This document shows, piece after piece, positions 63,425 through 64,000 of a DNA stretch of 64,000 nucleotides; the first letter of the stretch is position 1, and the number at the start of each line of letters is the position of its first letter. The notes under the pieces were generated by a model that saw nothing but the letters and a program-made list of their open reading frames with translations, was not told the origin of the DNA and made no database searches. The DNA is from Mobula hypostoma (taxonomy: Eukaryota), in NCBI RefSeq assembly GCF_963921235.1, contig NC_086109.1, positions 15,998,001 to 16,062,000 on the forward strand, in the 5' to 3' direction. Both the position numbers and the translations under genes were made by a program.

Positions 63425-64000
63425 AGATTCTGCAGATGCTGGAAGTCTTGAGCAACAAACACAAAATGCTGGAATAACTCAGCAAGTCAGGCAGCATCTA
63501 TGGAGGGAAATGAATAGCTGATGTTTCAGGCTGAGACCCTACATCAGGACAGAAAGGAAGGGGGGAGTCCAGAGTAAAAAGGTTGGGGGAGGGGAAGAAG
63601 CTGGCGATTGATAGTTGAGAACAGTTGAAGGTCACCTCCTTCTGGTTCCCCTCCTCTCTCCTTTTCCTCCCACAGTCTACTGTCCTGTATGTTAATTCCT
63701 CTTTTTTCAGCCCTTTTTCTCTTCCACCTATCACCTCCCTGCTTCTTAGTTCATCCCCTCTTCCCCAGCAACCCACCTATCACCTCCCTGCTTCTTAGTT
63801 CATCCCCTCTTCCCCAGCAACCCACCTATCACCTCCCTGCTTCTTAGTTCATCCCCTCTTCCCCAGCAACCCACCTTTCACCTCACCTGGTCTCACCTGT
63901 CACCAGCCAGTTTGTGTTCCTTCCCCTCCTCCCATTCTTATTCTGATTTCTGTCCCCTTCCTTTCCAGTCATGAAAAGCTCAAAATGTCATCTGTTTATT
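63425..64000. mobile_element. Penelope-like pLTRs in inverted arrangement (runs off the window end)
   Basis: gattctgcagatgctggaa...cacaaaatgctgg...tgtttcaggctgagaccctacatcaggac, then the pyrimidine-rich pLTR strand to ctttccagtc. Confidence 0.72.
63724..63870 (+). repeat. Perfect 49-bp tandem repeat x3
   Basis: ccacctatcacctccctgcttcttagttcatcccctcttccccagcaac at 63724, 63773 and 63822; partial fourth unit from 63871. Confidence 0.95.

Noticed and set aside
63724..63870. Direct repeats as a CRISPR array
   Set aside because: Head-to-tail units with no spacers, no cas genes, and a eukaryotic context.

Overview
Repeat-saturated eukaryotic (vertebrate) DNA. The repeat set points to a cartilaginous fish, most likely a ray or skate; this is inferred from CR1/HER1-like LINEs, V-SINE- and DeuSINE-like SINEs, Rex1/Babar LINEs and Penelope-like elements. 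I found no host protein-coding exon, rRNA, functional tRNA or CRISPR array, so the window looks intergenic or intronic, and almost every ORF in the track is a transposon fragment or its antisense shadow. Main contents: (i) one structurally complete Gmr1-type Gypsy LTR retrotransposon (45489-50436; 4-bp TSD, tRNA-Pro PBS, PPT) with a gag-protease frame but a heavily deleted IN/RT/RNase H; (ii) four unrelated solo LTRs with TSDs, one carrying an internal tRNA-Glu-derived sequence; (iii) three young near-identical 5'-truncated CR1 copies and many old ones; (iv) two large Rex1/Babar copies; (v) Penelope-like elements, including an RT + GIY-YIG fragment and short fold-back insertions with 13-15-bp TSDs built around minimal hammerhead ribozymes; (vi) Tc1/mariner and hAT non-autonomous elements, several with extra internal TIRs that form hairpin ends. 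Nesting is deep (e.g. CR1 in hAT in Tc1). Best leads: the tRNA-bearing LTR, the hammerhead-centred fold-back elements and the gag-PR-retaining LTR element. All comparisons were made by eye; no searches were run.
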